Part shown: piece after piece, positions 1 through 9,369 of the stretch
How positions within the stretch are numbered: the stretch's first letter is position 1
How the letters are laid out: each line of letters opens with the position of its first letter
Source of the DNA: Bdellovibrionota bacterium
GTDB taxonomy: Bacteria; Bdellovibrionota_C; UBA2361; OMII01
Assembly: GCA_044345405.1 (NCBI GenBank)
Contig: JBIJBE010000006.1
Location: 1 to 64,000 of the forward strand
DNA length: 64,000 nt
Reading direction: 5' to 3'
The notes under the pieces: generated by a model
The model's database searches: none
What the model was told of the DNA's origin: nothing
The model's input: the letters and a program-made list of their open reading frames with translations, nothing else
Made by a program: the position numbers and the translations under genes

Positions 1-106
1 TAAGCTCATTTGAGGTCTGGGTTGGAGGCATGGGCAGCCTGTCCCGAGTCCGAGGGATGATCTCGTAGATAGTATTGTCTGAGAAGGCGCGATTGTTTCG
101 TGGCAT
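1..106 (-). CDS. 5' part of a gene truncated by the window edge; possibly a REP-associated/IS200-like (Y1) transposase
   Basis: Minus-strand ATG at 106 reads MPRNNRAFSDNTIYEIIPRTRDRLPMPPTQTSNEL and is open to the edge. It resembles the MPRxxR...YxxxxR N-terminus of RAYT-type proteins. The HUH motif is not visible in the window. Confidence 0.35.
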   Translation of the reverse strand, partial: MPRNNRAFSDNTIYEIIPRTRDRLPMPPTQTSNEL

Positions 107-229
107 AGCCACTTTTCGGAAAAGAACACCAAAAGTTGTGGAGAAAAGTAGGGTGTTCCAGAGTCAGGCCCGCTCGCTCTCGTTGTCCTCTTTGTGCTTC
201 GTATTGGTAACGACAGATACCCTAAGCCG

Positions 230-847
230 CTATCTGGAGGCTGAGGGCGGAGTCCATCGTTCTTGTTCACTAAGAACGTCGGCATCCCACTCTCGACTCC
301 GAGCTTCATGACCTGCCGCGATATCAACCGCGCCTGCTCGCTCGAGCAGCTCCTTCGCTTTGTCACACCAGTCGGTGTCGATACAGTGCACGGAAAGCAG
401 CAATCCACCGTCCTTGACGTGCCCTTCGTATCTCTTCGCCTCGTATTCCGGGAAGCCAAATCCTATCAACCCACCGGCCACACCACCGATCACCGAGCCA
501 GCTCCGAGTCCCGCCAGCGCTGCGACGATAGGTCCAGCGGCGAGAAGGATACCGAATCCAGGAACGACCAGAGAGCCAACGCCAACAAGCCACCCGAACA
601 TTCCCCCGGCAACGGCCCCCGCCGCAACGCCAGCGGTTACCCCTTCAGGCGCTTTCGTACTCGCCGTGTGGGCAAACTCGTGGGTTGAATCAGGTTGAGG
701 TATCAAAGCTGAGATATCGCCATTCAAGAAGCCGTTGACTCGTAAATGAGCGATTCCTTTTTCCAGCTCCGTTCGGGTGCGAAAGATCGCCATTACAACG
801 TAATTCTTTTCCCGAGCGCTTATCGGAATATCACTTTCTCTAACCAT
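230..847 (-). CDS. general stress protein with glycine-zipper membrane hairpin (DUF3341/17M-like)
   Basis: TKAPEGVTAGVAAGAVAGG...LAAGPIVAALAG...GFPEYEAKRYE...GGLLLSVHC family pattern; overlaps the end of the BON gene. Confidence 0.8.
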   Translation of the reverse strand: MVRESDIPISAREKNYVVMAIFRTRTELEKGIAHLRVNGFLNGDISALIPQPDSTHEFAHTASTKAPEGVTAGVAAGAVAGGMFGWLVGVGSLVVPGFGILLAAGPIVAALAGLGAGSVIGGVAGGLIGFGFPEYEAKRYEGHVKDGGLLLSVHCIDTDWCDKAKELLERAGAVDIAAGHEARSREWDADVLSEQERWTPPSASR

Positions 848-1340
848 GAGCTGCTCCTTCCGACACCTGCTCGCCTTTTACCACAAGTTGATTGGTAACC
901 TGGCCGCCATGCGCGTTGCTGCGAGCGATCTGCTCAAGCTGTTGCTTTTCGTTGGCGGTTTTCACCGGCCCTCGTAGCGTCACCGCCCCTTGATCATCCG
1001 TTATTATCTTTACATTTTTGGCGGCCGTAGAGAGGTCTCCCCGCTCTATAATCTGCTGTCGAATCTCTTTCGTGATTCGAACGGAATCAGCCTTCGAGGA
1101 TTGATTTTGCGCGGTCGGTCCAGAGCTGCGATCACCATTCAGGGGAGCGGTCTTACCCATCGGCTGACCACCTGGTTCAAGAGCGCCTTTTAGCCGACTC
1201 GCGCCCGGCACCTCGGAGGCGCGCTCATCGATCGCTTGAGGCACAGTGACGGCCTCCTGCTCCTGCGCGTAACAGGTGACCGCCATAACGACGCTAGTGG
1301 AGAGGACGAGGAGAGAGAACAGACACGGTAATCGTTTCAT
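840..1340 (-). CDS. BON domain-containing secreted protein (OsmY-like)
   Basis: Signal peptide MKRLPCLFSLLVLSTSVVMA after AAGGAG; BON motif ITKEIRQQI...NVKIIT..GAVTLRGPV...VTNQLVV. Start revised from 1490. Confidence 0.85.
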   Translation of the reverse strand: MKRLPCLFSLLVLSTSVVMAVTCYAQEQEAVTVPQAIDERASEVPGASRLKGALEPGGQPMGKTAPLNGDRSSGPTAQNQSSKADSVRITKEIRQQIIERGDLSTAAKNVKIITDDQGAVTLRGPVKTANEKQQLEQIARSNAHGGQVTNQLVVKGEQVSEGAAHG

Positions 1341-1562
1341 AGCTTGGGACTCCTTGAAGAAAACGTCACGGTCAACCATCCAAGCGACCTTGTAACGAAA
1401 CAGTATCTGAATCGTTCGTCGAACCTCATGACCGAGGTCACCATGATGCCCTCGCGTAATCCGGAGGAAAAACACGCTGTGGAGTCTCATAACGAACTAC
1501 TCAGCGCCTCTTCAAGATAACGCGAGAAGTCACCACACATGTTTGTGTAATGAGGAGCATAT

Positions 1563-2117
1563 ATGGCAACCACATCATCATCTGAATTTATTAAACGCTC
1601 TCTCCAAGACGCCATCGCGTCTGAGAAGTCATTTGAGTCACAATTACGAGAAATGGCCGAAGAGGGAGATAACCCACGGGTTAAGGAGCTCTTCGTGAGT
1701 CATGCCGATGAGACGAAGACCCAGTACAACCGCCTTATCTCTCGACTTCACGTTCTCGGGGGAAGCCCGTCGACCACCAAAAGTATTTTGGCGCACATCT
1801 TTGGATCGGTGCCAAAAGCTGGTCAGATCGGAAAAAAGAAGGAGGACAAAGACTCTCACAACCTGATCATAGCCTACGCCATCGAACAAAGTGAGGTGGC
1901 GAGCTATGAGGCCTTGAAGGTAGCGGCGGAGGCGGTGGGTGACATTCCAACCGCTACCTTGGCTGAGGAGATTCAGCGCGAGGAGCAGATGGCGGCGCAA
2001 CGCATTTGGAACCTTATTCCGGCTAACGCTCGGCTATCCGTAGAGCGTCAAACAAGTGGGGAATGGGAGCATCCACGTCGGGGAGACGTCTCCGGTGTGG
2101 CCGGCTCATCGATGTAG
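1563..2117 (+). CDS. DUF892 (YciE/YciF-like) ferritin-like protein
   Basis: LQDAIASE...HADETKTQ...YAIEQSEVASYEAL...IQREE motifs; GAGGAG RBS. Confidence 0.8.
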   Translation: MATTSSSEFIKRSLQDAIASEKSFESQLREMAEEGDNPRVKELFVSHADETKTQYNRLISRLHVLGGSPSTTKSILAHIFGSVPKAGQIGKKKEDKDSHNLIIAYAIEQSEVASYEALKVAAEAVGDIPTATLAEEIQREEQMAAQRIWNLIPANARLSVERQTSGEWEHPRRGDVSGVAGSSM

Positions 2118-2200
2118 ACTTCCCTCATCTCAGATTAAACAACCGCGCCTCGATCAACCCGATTGAGGCACGGTCTTGTCGCAACCATGAGCTGTATCGC

Positions 2201-2506
2201 CTAGTGCATCTCTCTCTCGACGTTCACTTCCCCCGATTCAAGAAGCCGCGAAGACCGCTCCCCTCGTCGCCCCTGCCGAGTATAAAGCCCGAGCAGAAGA
2301 AGGGTAGGCGCCCATTGGCCGACAAAGTGAGCATCGTGTTGCCTTCCCGTAACGCGCAAGAACAAGGAAAGAGCTATCGAAGCAGCCGCCCCAGTAAGGA
2401 AAAGGTCGGGCGATAGTTCTCCAACTTGCGAATAGAGCAGTCCCTTTGCCCGATGTATATTTTGCACGCTCTCGGGTTGCGATGGTGATGTTTGTTGAGA
2501 TTCCAT
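2201..2506 (-). CDS. small membrane hypothetical protein
   Basis: AGGAGG RBS; hydrophobic segments and FVGQWAPTLLLLGLY motif. Confidence 0.65.
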   Translation of the reverse strand: MESQQTSPSQPESVQNIHRAKGLLYSQVGELSPDLFLTGAAASIALSLFLRVTGRQHDAHFVGQWAPTLLLLGLYTRQGRRGERSSRLLESGEVNVEREMH

Positions 2507-2784
2507 GTGTCCTCCTGGTTAGTCGCTTTTCTCAGAGTCTACGCGCTCATCTTGCTCTGACCATGAGGGTCCGCAGTGGTATGTCGCGGCCTCATCCTGG
2601 GTCAGCGACGACCCCGAGCGCTGAGCAGGGGCTCAGTCCGCTGTAATTCCGACAAAGGGGAACCGAACTAATCCGCACTCTGTGTAATCCATATCATCTC
2701 TTTTCTCATGCGGGTGCGTGTAGCCTTACCCACGGTGTCTATTTTGAATATCGAGAACGAGTGAATAACTTACGGAGGTTCACC

Positions 2785-3327
2785 ATGACCAAGGGCGTTA
2801 CATTGCAACTCAATACACTCACCGAGGCGCTACACAGCGAGCTTGCCGATCTCTACGACGCAGAACAACAGCTTGTCAGCGCCTTGCCGCGTGTTGTTCA
2901 ATCAGTGAATAACGCGACTTTGCGGAGCGCCATCGAGGAGCATCTTGAGGAGACCCGAAATCAGGTCGCTCGTCTTGAGCAGATCTTCGAGATGGTTGGC
3001 CGAAAACCTGAACGCGACCAATGCGAGGCGATGAGGGGTCTGATTGAGGAGGCCGACGAGGTTATTTCCGCGTCAGGAGACAAGCAGGTGAAGGATGCCG
3101 TGCTCATAGGAGCTCTGCAACGAGTTGAGCACTACGAGATCGCTGGATATGGAACGGCTCGAGCATTCGCGGAGCAATTAGACCTCGACGATGTGGCTGA
3201 CCTTCTCCAGGAAGCCCTGGACGAAGAGAGCTCCGCTGACCGAAAGCTCACCACCCTCGCGGAGGGCGGGCTCTTTTCGAGTGGTGTTAACACTCAGGCC
3301 AGCCACGCCGGAGAATCCCGATTGTAA
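2785..3327 (+). CDS. yciF: YciF/DUF892 ferritin-like protein
   Basis: ELADLYDAEQQL, HLEETRNQVARLE, CEAMRGLIEE, QRVEHYEIAGYGT; GGAGG RBS before ATG 2785. Confidence 0.9.
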   Translation: MTKGVTLQLNTLTEALHSELADLYDAEQQLVSALPRVVQSVNNATLRSAIEEHLEETRNQVARLEQIFEMVGRKPERDQCEAMRGLIEEADEVISASGDKQVKDAVLIGALQRVEHYEIAGYGTARAFAEQLDLDDVADLLQEALDEESSADRKLTTLAEGGLFSSGVNTQASHAGESRL

Positions 3328-3332
3328 GAACA

Positions 3333-3370
3333 GGCGCACGCGAGGAAGGTCCTAGTTCCTTCGCGTGCCC
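3333..3370 (+). terminator. GC-rich hairpin after yciF
   Basis: GCACGCGAGGAA...TTCCTTCGCGTGC inverted repeat; no U-tract. Confidence 0.4.
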
Positions 3371-3731
3371 GACCAGCGCGCCTCTACCGTCTCCATTCAC
3401 GCCGCTTCCTCAGGAGGTTACCTGTGGTGAGAGTTATCTTTACCGCTTTTGTTACCATCGTCGTCGCGTATCTCTTCATGGCTTCTATGTCAGGGCGCGC
3501 TTTCTCGCCAAAAGCTGCCTTCATCTCCAACTGAGAGAGACACGCATACGAACATGCGACGATGAGGAAGGTGGCGCCGCTAAAGGCTCCTCCATGCACT
3601 CGAAACGGCGAGGTAAGCCTCAATTGTCGAATCTGAAGTTCAGCTACGACCAGGGCGACACTAACAATTAGAGATCTATCCCGTTCGCATAGTTCAGACG
3701 GCCTGGCAAAATGCATCAACGTCGCAGACGC

Positions 3732-3770
3732 AAAAAAGCCTGGGAGGTGCGTTCACGCACTTCCCAGGCT
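3732..3770 (-). terminator. intrinsic terminator of the pectate lyase gene
   Basis: AGCCTGGGAGGTGCG/CGCACTTCCCAGGCT stem followed by a T6 tract on the minus strand. Confidence 0.8.
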
Positions 3771-3814
3771 CGGTGACGGGAGCGATCACCTACGCAAACG
3801 CTCCCGTGCGTTAC

Positions 3815-6754
3815 CTACCTAGTCTCAAAGAGCGTCAACGCCGCGTTGAGTTCATCCTCGGTCATCGGATCGGTCGTGACGTTCACAGCGCGATAGTTCC
3901 TCGCGTATGACGGCCAGGTTCCAACCCTATCTCGAAGGCCCAACGTTTTATCTTTGGCGCCCGCGATGACGCGCAGATCATCCGCGTTTCTGTCCCACGG
4001 TCGAGACCCCGCTTTCGAGAACACCGAACTTACCGTTGTGGCGGCAGAGATCGGTGCCGGACCCGAGAACAAGCGGCTTCCCCACCGATACTGGGACTCC
4101 ACGTTCGAGATCTTCGGAGCGATATTGTCCGAGACGTACAGTCGGGTGCCGGAAGGGGTATTTTCGGTGTAGACAGCGTAGGCGTCCTTCAACCCGGAAG
4201 GACCTGATTGATAGACGTTTCCGATGACATCGAGGTACACACCGATATCTTTGTTTTCAAGGTCAGAGATATTCGTTGTATTCCAATTAGTCGTTCCTCC
4301 CCATCCGTAGATGACGTTGTTGATCATCTCTCCTCGGGTGTCGTATTTCCACCGAATGTTTCGGTCAACGTTCGACGCAAGAAGATTTCCCACAAACACC
4401 ATGCCACGCGCCTTCTCACCTACGAGCACTCCGTTCGATCGAGCACCCAACGGATGGATCGAACGCCAGAGCGCTTCGGCGATGATACTGTCTTGTACCG
4501 TCACGTTTTCAACCGGACCGGCTGTAGTCATGTTGGAGTCAACTCCCCATGACATCGAGAGGTTCTTGAGCTTAACGTTGTAGGCCACCAGCCCTTGCAC
4601 CGTCACTGAACGGCGCACGGCTGGATCTGTTCCCGTGCTGCCATCGCCACTACGCAGGGCAAGATGCTCGATGCGAACGTCATGGCTCTGGATGTTAAAG
4701 CCGCCGTTCGTGATCATGATTCCCGGCGAGGGAGCTGTCTGTCCCGCGACGATCAGATCTGGTTGCGTTACCAAAAGATCGGTTGCCAACGAGATCCTGC
4801 CAGATACCTCAAAGACACACACTCTCGGGAACGATTGCACAACGCAATCTCGCAAGGTGCCCGCCCCACTATCCGCCAAGGAGGTAACCTTAAGCACCTT
4901 GAAGAGCTTCTGTGTTGTCTGCGTAGGAACAGCTGTTGCTGTCGGGATAGTCGGCACCGGGGTGAAGGTCGCGGTAACCGTGGCTGTTGCAGGCAGAGGA
5001 GTCCACGTTGCCGTGGGCGCAGCGGTGTAAGTCGACGTTGCCGTCCACGTGGGGGACACCGTCGGTGACCACGTTGGTGTCCATGTCGCCGTCGGAGTGC
5101 TTGTCACCGTCGGAGTTGAGGTTGCCGGTACGGCGGTCGGGGTCGGAGCGACTCCTCCCGAACCGGAATCACTCGCGAACGAAAAGATGTAGTTCTCCAG
5201 GTTGGTGTACCCGTTCGCCGCGATAGTCGTGGGATTCGCGGGAATCGTGAACGTTCGCGTTGTCGCTGGAATAACCGACCATGCGTCAATTGGTTTAGTG
5301 GTATCTTTGGTGGACCCATCGATCAGGATCCTTCCTGGAGTCGGGCAGTATCCACTACCACCAGTTCCCGTCACGCAGCATGTCTTTGTTGTCGTGCAAT
5401 CTTTGTGCTTACCCGTGTTGGTCACAACCTCGTTGATAATTCGAGCGTCGTGCGGATACCTATTCCAGTAACGCGCGCCAACACCGGGCGTTATCGCGCT
5501 CAGTAACGCTGTCGGCCCCACCAAATTGGCGGCGGCGTTTGAGAGCGGAAACGCGGGGGAGGTCGCTTGCATGGATGATGGCAGTCCCTTCCCGTTCGCG
5601 TTCGCGATCAGCCACTCACTCCCCGAATCGGTCGGTCGAGTATTCGTGGAGATGTTGTGCGACACGTGGATACGAGACGCCAGCGGAGTAGAACTACTAT
5701 AAAAAAAGACCGGCGAGCTCGTATCAGCGGTTGTCGGACCACGCTGATAGTAGTTGTACATGAAGTTGATGCGATTGCCCGTCGCCCCAGAGCTGTAGTC
5801 CATGTTCCACTGGTTGTAGCCGTTGGTCGAGGAATTCGCGAAGTTGTAGACGTAGTTGTTCAAGAACTCAACGTCTGAGTTCATCTTCATCCGGATGTGA
5901 CGACCGTTTGAACTCGAAACTAGGTTCCTATAATACGTGATATTCTTGGTGTTCGAGCCGAGAAGGGAGAACATGGAGTGTTTACCCTCCGTATCTCCGT
6001 GGTTAGAGTTGTTGAGCCCCTCGGCGATGATTGAGTTCGAAATTGTGATATTACGAACCGGGGTAGTTCCATCGGCGGTTCCATTCACACCTGTATAGGT
6101 AGAGATTGACTCATCCATACCCCATGTCGCGGACACGTGGTCGAGAACAACTCGCTCAACCGGATCTGAGGAGGTATTTCCCCATACTCCAAACGCGTCT
6201 CGCTCACTCGCTTTAATTCCCGTCCCACCGTCGGTCGGAAGATTTCTATCGCCCGGTCGTGAGCCGATGTGCTGGATCAACACGTCATCCGCTTGCACAA
6301 CGATGCTACCATCTCGAACTTGAATACCGGGATAAGGGGCCGTCTGTCCGAACACGGAGACGTTCGGGTTTTTAATCGAGATCTTGGTTTGCAGATTGAT
6401 ATATCCGCCGACCTCAAAGACACAGGTGCGAGGTCCGCTTGCGGTAAGACACCCCCGTAGAGATCCTGTTCCGGAATCGTTCAGATTCGTTACCTTGATC
6501 ACCGTTGTCCTCGCGGGCACCGTTCCCCTTCCAGAGCCAGCAACGGTCGTCGTACCAAAACCAACTGCGCCCGGAAAAACAGCTAAAGAGGATGTTTGAG
6601 CGTGAAGTGGTGTGGTTACGCAGAGGGATGATAGTCCAATTACTGCCCAGGCTGGGCGCCTAAGAGACCAACCCCAAGCTTTCACAAGTAGCGGAAAAAT
6701 TCGCCGAGACTGACGCAGTGGATTGGATCCACTTCGATAGAACCTTCGTTTCAT
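3815..6754 (-). CDS. secreted tandem two-domain pectate lyase-like (PL1-type beta-helix) protein with Pro/Thr linker
   Basis: FPGAVGFG, VTNLNDSGTGSLR, VFEVGG, GQTAP in domain 1; VTSLADSGAGTLR, VFEVSG, GQTAPSPG in domain 2; PT-rich linker between them; signal peptide. Confidence 0.85.
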   Translation of the reverse strand: MKRRFYRSGSNPLRQSRRIFPLLVKAWGWSLRRPAWAVIGLSSLCVTTPLHAQTSSLAVFPGAVGFGTTTVAGSGRGTVPARTTVIKVTNLNDSGTGSLRGCLTASGPRTCVFEVGGYINLQTKISIKNPNVSVFGQTAPYPGIQVRDGSIVVQADDVLIQHIGSRPGDRNLPTDGGTGIKASERDAFGVWGNTSSDPVERVVLDHVSATWGMDESISTYTGVNGTADGTTPVRNITISNSIIAEGLNNSNHGDTEGKHSMFSLLGSNTKNITYYRNLVSSSNGRHIRMKMNSDVEFLNNYVYNFANSSTNGYNQWNMDYSSGATGNRINFMYNYYQRGPTTADTSSPVFFYSSSTPLASRIHVSHNISTNTRPTDSGSEWLIANANGKGLPSSMQATSPAFPLSNAAANLVGPTALLSAITPGVGARYWNRYPHDARIINEVVTNTGKHKDCTTTKTCCVTGTGGSGYCPTPGRILIDGSTKDTTKPIDAWSVIPATTRTFTIPANPTTIAANGYTNLENYIFSFASDSGSGGVAPTPTAVPATSTPTVTSTPTATWTPTWSPTVSPTWTATSTYTAAPTATWTPLPATATVTATFTPVPTIPTATAVPTQTTQKLFKVLKVTSLADSGAGTLRDCVVQSFPRVCVFEVSGRISLATDLLVTQPDLIVAGQTAPSPGIMITNGGFNIQSHDVRIEHLALRSGDGSTGTDPAVRRSVTVQGLVAYNVKLKNLSMSWGVDSNMTTAGPVENVTVQDSIIAEALWRSIHPLGARSNGVLVGEKARGMVFVGNLLASNVDRNIRWKYDTRGEMINNVIYGWGGTTNWNTTNISDLENKDIGVYLDVIGNVYQSGPSGLKDAYAVYTENTPSGTRLYVSDNIAPKISNVESQYRWGSRLFSGPAPISAATTVSSVFSKAGSRPWDRNADDLRVIAGAKDKTLGLRDRVGTWPSYARNYRAVNVTTDPMTEDELNAALTLFETR

Positions 6755-7498
6755 AACCAACACCCTTCGTTCCCCCTCTACCCGTTACCTGGGGGATGCG
6801 CGAAAGGTCGGGGGAATGGGCGAGTTTCCCCTCAATTGGAAACCCGCCCACAAAACCTTACGTGCATGTTCCACCAGTGGCCCCAACGTAAAACCGGCTC
6901 TCACAACGAGAGCATTACGCGTTGGGGCGTAGAGGCCGTCGCGTTAACCTCCCCCCTTTCTCTCCTGAGGACAGCTAATTCAACGGCGCGCTTTTAAGGC
7001 CAACCTAAAGCGCTTGAGCCGTAGGCACTAGGGAATCGAGGCATTTTTTTTTGAGACGGTCGTTGTCTCTTCCTTTGTCACAACGGATGAAAAACCATGA
7101 TCATGGTCATATTGAGGAGTTACTTTCTGACGAGTCCGCCACACAGACACGCTCTTGCTCTTGAGCCCGGCTGACGAATTCCTCAAACCGCTATTTCGAA
7201 ATGGCCGCGTTTGTCGGCATTTCACTGACAACGGAAAGGTCTCACCTCTACTCATCACAGAGGTCGAAAGCGAGCGAGAAGCATTTCTCGACCACTAAAA
7301 CCGAATGTCTTTGGTACGTTAAGAGACAGCTCGGACGAGCGTCACAGCTCATCGATCTTCGCGTCCCAGGATTAAACGAGAATCCGCGAAATGTCCAAAT
7401 TCTAAACCGCTGTTTAACACCCCTCGTGTGGCGCTTTCTACTCCGGATTCAGTCGCGATACGCCGATGTATAAATGGGGCGTTAGGCTCTCGCGAACC

Positions 7499-9343
7499 AT
7501 GCAACCTGAGAATTTTGGAAACAATCTAGTACTCTTTGAGAAGCTCGCTTCAGGCGGCATGGGCGAGGTGTTTAAAGCGAAGCAGATGGGCACGGAGGGC
7601 TTCGAGAAAACGGTCGCTGTAAAGCGCATCCTTCCCCACTTCGCGGAACGCGACGACTTCTCAAGGCTCTTCAAACAAGAGATGTGGCTCGCTGCGAAAC
7701 TGCAGCACTCCAATATCGCGCAGGTATTCAGCAACGGAACGTTTAAGGAATACCTGTACCTGGTGATGGAATACGTGAGCGGCAAAACGCTCGCTGAAAT
7801 TATCGGACTCTCCTCTCTCAACAAGACTCCACTCAACGTAGCACACTGTTGCTATATCATCTCTGAGGCCGCGAAGGGGCTCCACTACGCTCACACACTT
7901 CGAGATGATAGCACCGGAGAGCCCTTCAACATCGTTCACCGAGACGTATCACCTCAGAACATTATGTGTACCGAAAATGGCGAGGTAAAGATCGTCGACT
8001 TCGGTATCGCCAAGGTCTTCGACAAGATCAGCGACCTCTCCCGAGTTGGAGAGGTAAAGGGGAAGATGCAATATGTCGCTCCGGAGCAACTCGACGGGCA
8101 TCGTGCGACACCGCAGAGCGACATCTTCGCTTTGGCCGCCACTCTCTTTGAGCTTCTGACCCTTCAACCCCTTTTTCTGGGCGATAGTCCCTACCACACC
8201 ATCGGCAACATCATGACCATGGAGACGCCGAAGCTCTCCGATTTTCGGCCCGATATCCCCGCCGGCTTGCAGTCCATTCTCAACCAATCGCTTACTAAGG
8301 ATCCATCGAAACGTTTTCATACCGCCGAGGATTTTCACCGCCAATTGAGTCAGCTGATCAGCTCTCACTATCCGGCGTATTCCTCAACTGAGCTAGGGCG
8401 GGCGGTCCGAATCCTTGACACCGACGCCATCGGCGCGAACGGTGACAAGAGCGGCGGATCGGGTTCCGGTCTGTTCGGCAGCTCCGTTACTCGAAACTAC
8501 TCGACAGACACACTACGACGAAGGAGGAAACGAAAACGGTATATCGTTACCGCGAGCGCGGTCGTCTTGTGCGCCCTCGCGGCGGTTAGTGCCTCCTTCA
8601 TGACACGAGCACCCTCGAGACAATCGTCTCCTCCTCGGATCAGTGATCCGATCGCGGTGCTCTCAGCGCAAGACGTTGTATCCGCCGAGGACGGAAGGAT
8701 AGCATCGTGGGTCGGAAATGGCCGAACCGGTCAGGTACAATTCGAGCAACTCCTCCAGGATAGTCGTCCTCTTCTCATAAAGAACGTGCTCGGCGGGAAT
8801 TCGGTTCTTCGGTTCGAGGGACATCAATTCCTAACCAGCACGTCGATAGCGTCTAAGATGACCTCGGCGGATCAAGCGACCTTTATCTTTGTGGCGCGCA
8901 TGGCTCCCAACCGGATCGCGTACCTGTTATCCATTCAGCAGGCGGATTGGGAGATGGACGTGTTTCGATTGGGTACGGACGACTCCTCCCACCTGAGAGT
9001 CAAAACAACCGAGTCCTCTGGTAACCGCATCTTCGTTACTGCCGAATCAAAATATACCGAAGAGTTCTCCATAATCTCCGCCACGATCGACGGCGGCGGT
9101 GTTCGAATATTTATTAATGGCCGATTAGTCGGACCTGGGCCCCTCCCGTACCCTGTGGCGTTTCGGAAGAGCGCGGTTGTGAGCATCGGTCAGGAATTCG
9201 ACCGAGGGCGACCCTCAGATTTTCTGGTTGGAGATATCGCGGAGATACAGATCTTTGATTCCTCGCTCCCGCCATCGTATCGAATCCGCGTTGAGCGGGG
9301 ACTCGCGCAAAAATACGGACTACAGTCACAGCACAGCAAGTAA
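7499..9343 (+). CDS. Hanks-type Ser/Thr protein kinase with TM helix and C-terminal LamG/ConA-like domain
   Basis: LASGGMGEVFKA, VAVK, HRDVSPQN, DFG, YVAPE motifs; TM helix; C-terminal VRIFING...IGQE...GDIAEIQIFD. Confidence 0.9.
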   Translation: MQPENFGNNLVLFEKLASGGMGEVFKAKQMGTEGFEKTVAVKRILPHFAERDDFSRLFKQEMWLAAKLQHSNIAQVFSNGTFKEYLYLVMEYVSGKTLAEIIGLSSLNKTPLNVAHCCYIISEAAKGLHYAHTLRDDSTGEPFNIVHRDVSPQNIMCTENGEVKIVDFGIAKVFDKISDLSRVGEVKGKMQYVAPEQLDGHRATPQSDIFALAATLFELLTLQPLFLGDSPYHTIGNIMTMETPKLSDFRPDIPAGLQSILNQSLTKDPSKRFHTAEDFHRQLSQLISSHYPAYSSTELGRAVRILDTDAIGANGDKSGGSGSGLFGSSVTRNYSTDTLRRRRKRKRYIVTASAVVLCALAAVSASFMTRAPSRQSSPPRISDPIAVLSAQDVVSAEDGRIASWVGNGRTGQVQFEQLLQDSRPLLIKNVLGGNSVLRFEGHQFLTSTSIASKMTSADQATFIFVARMAPNRIAYLLSIQQADWEMDVFRLGTDDSSHLRVKTTESSGNRIFVTAESKYTEEFSIISATIDGGGVRIFINGRLVGPGPLPYPVAFRKSAVVSIGQEFDRGRPSDFLVGDIAEIQIFDSSLPPSYRIRVERGLAQKYGLQSQHSK

Positions 9344-9369
9344 AATTACCCTACTATTCACGTCCTCCC

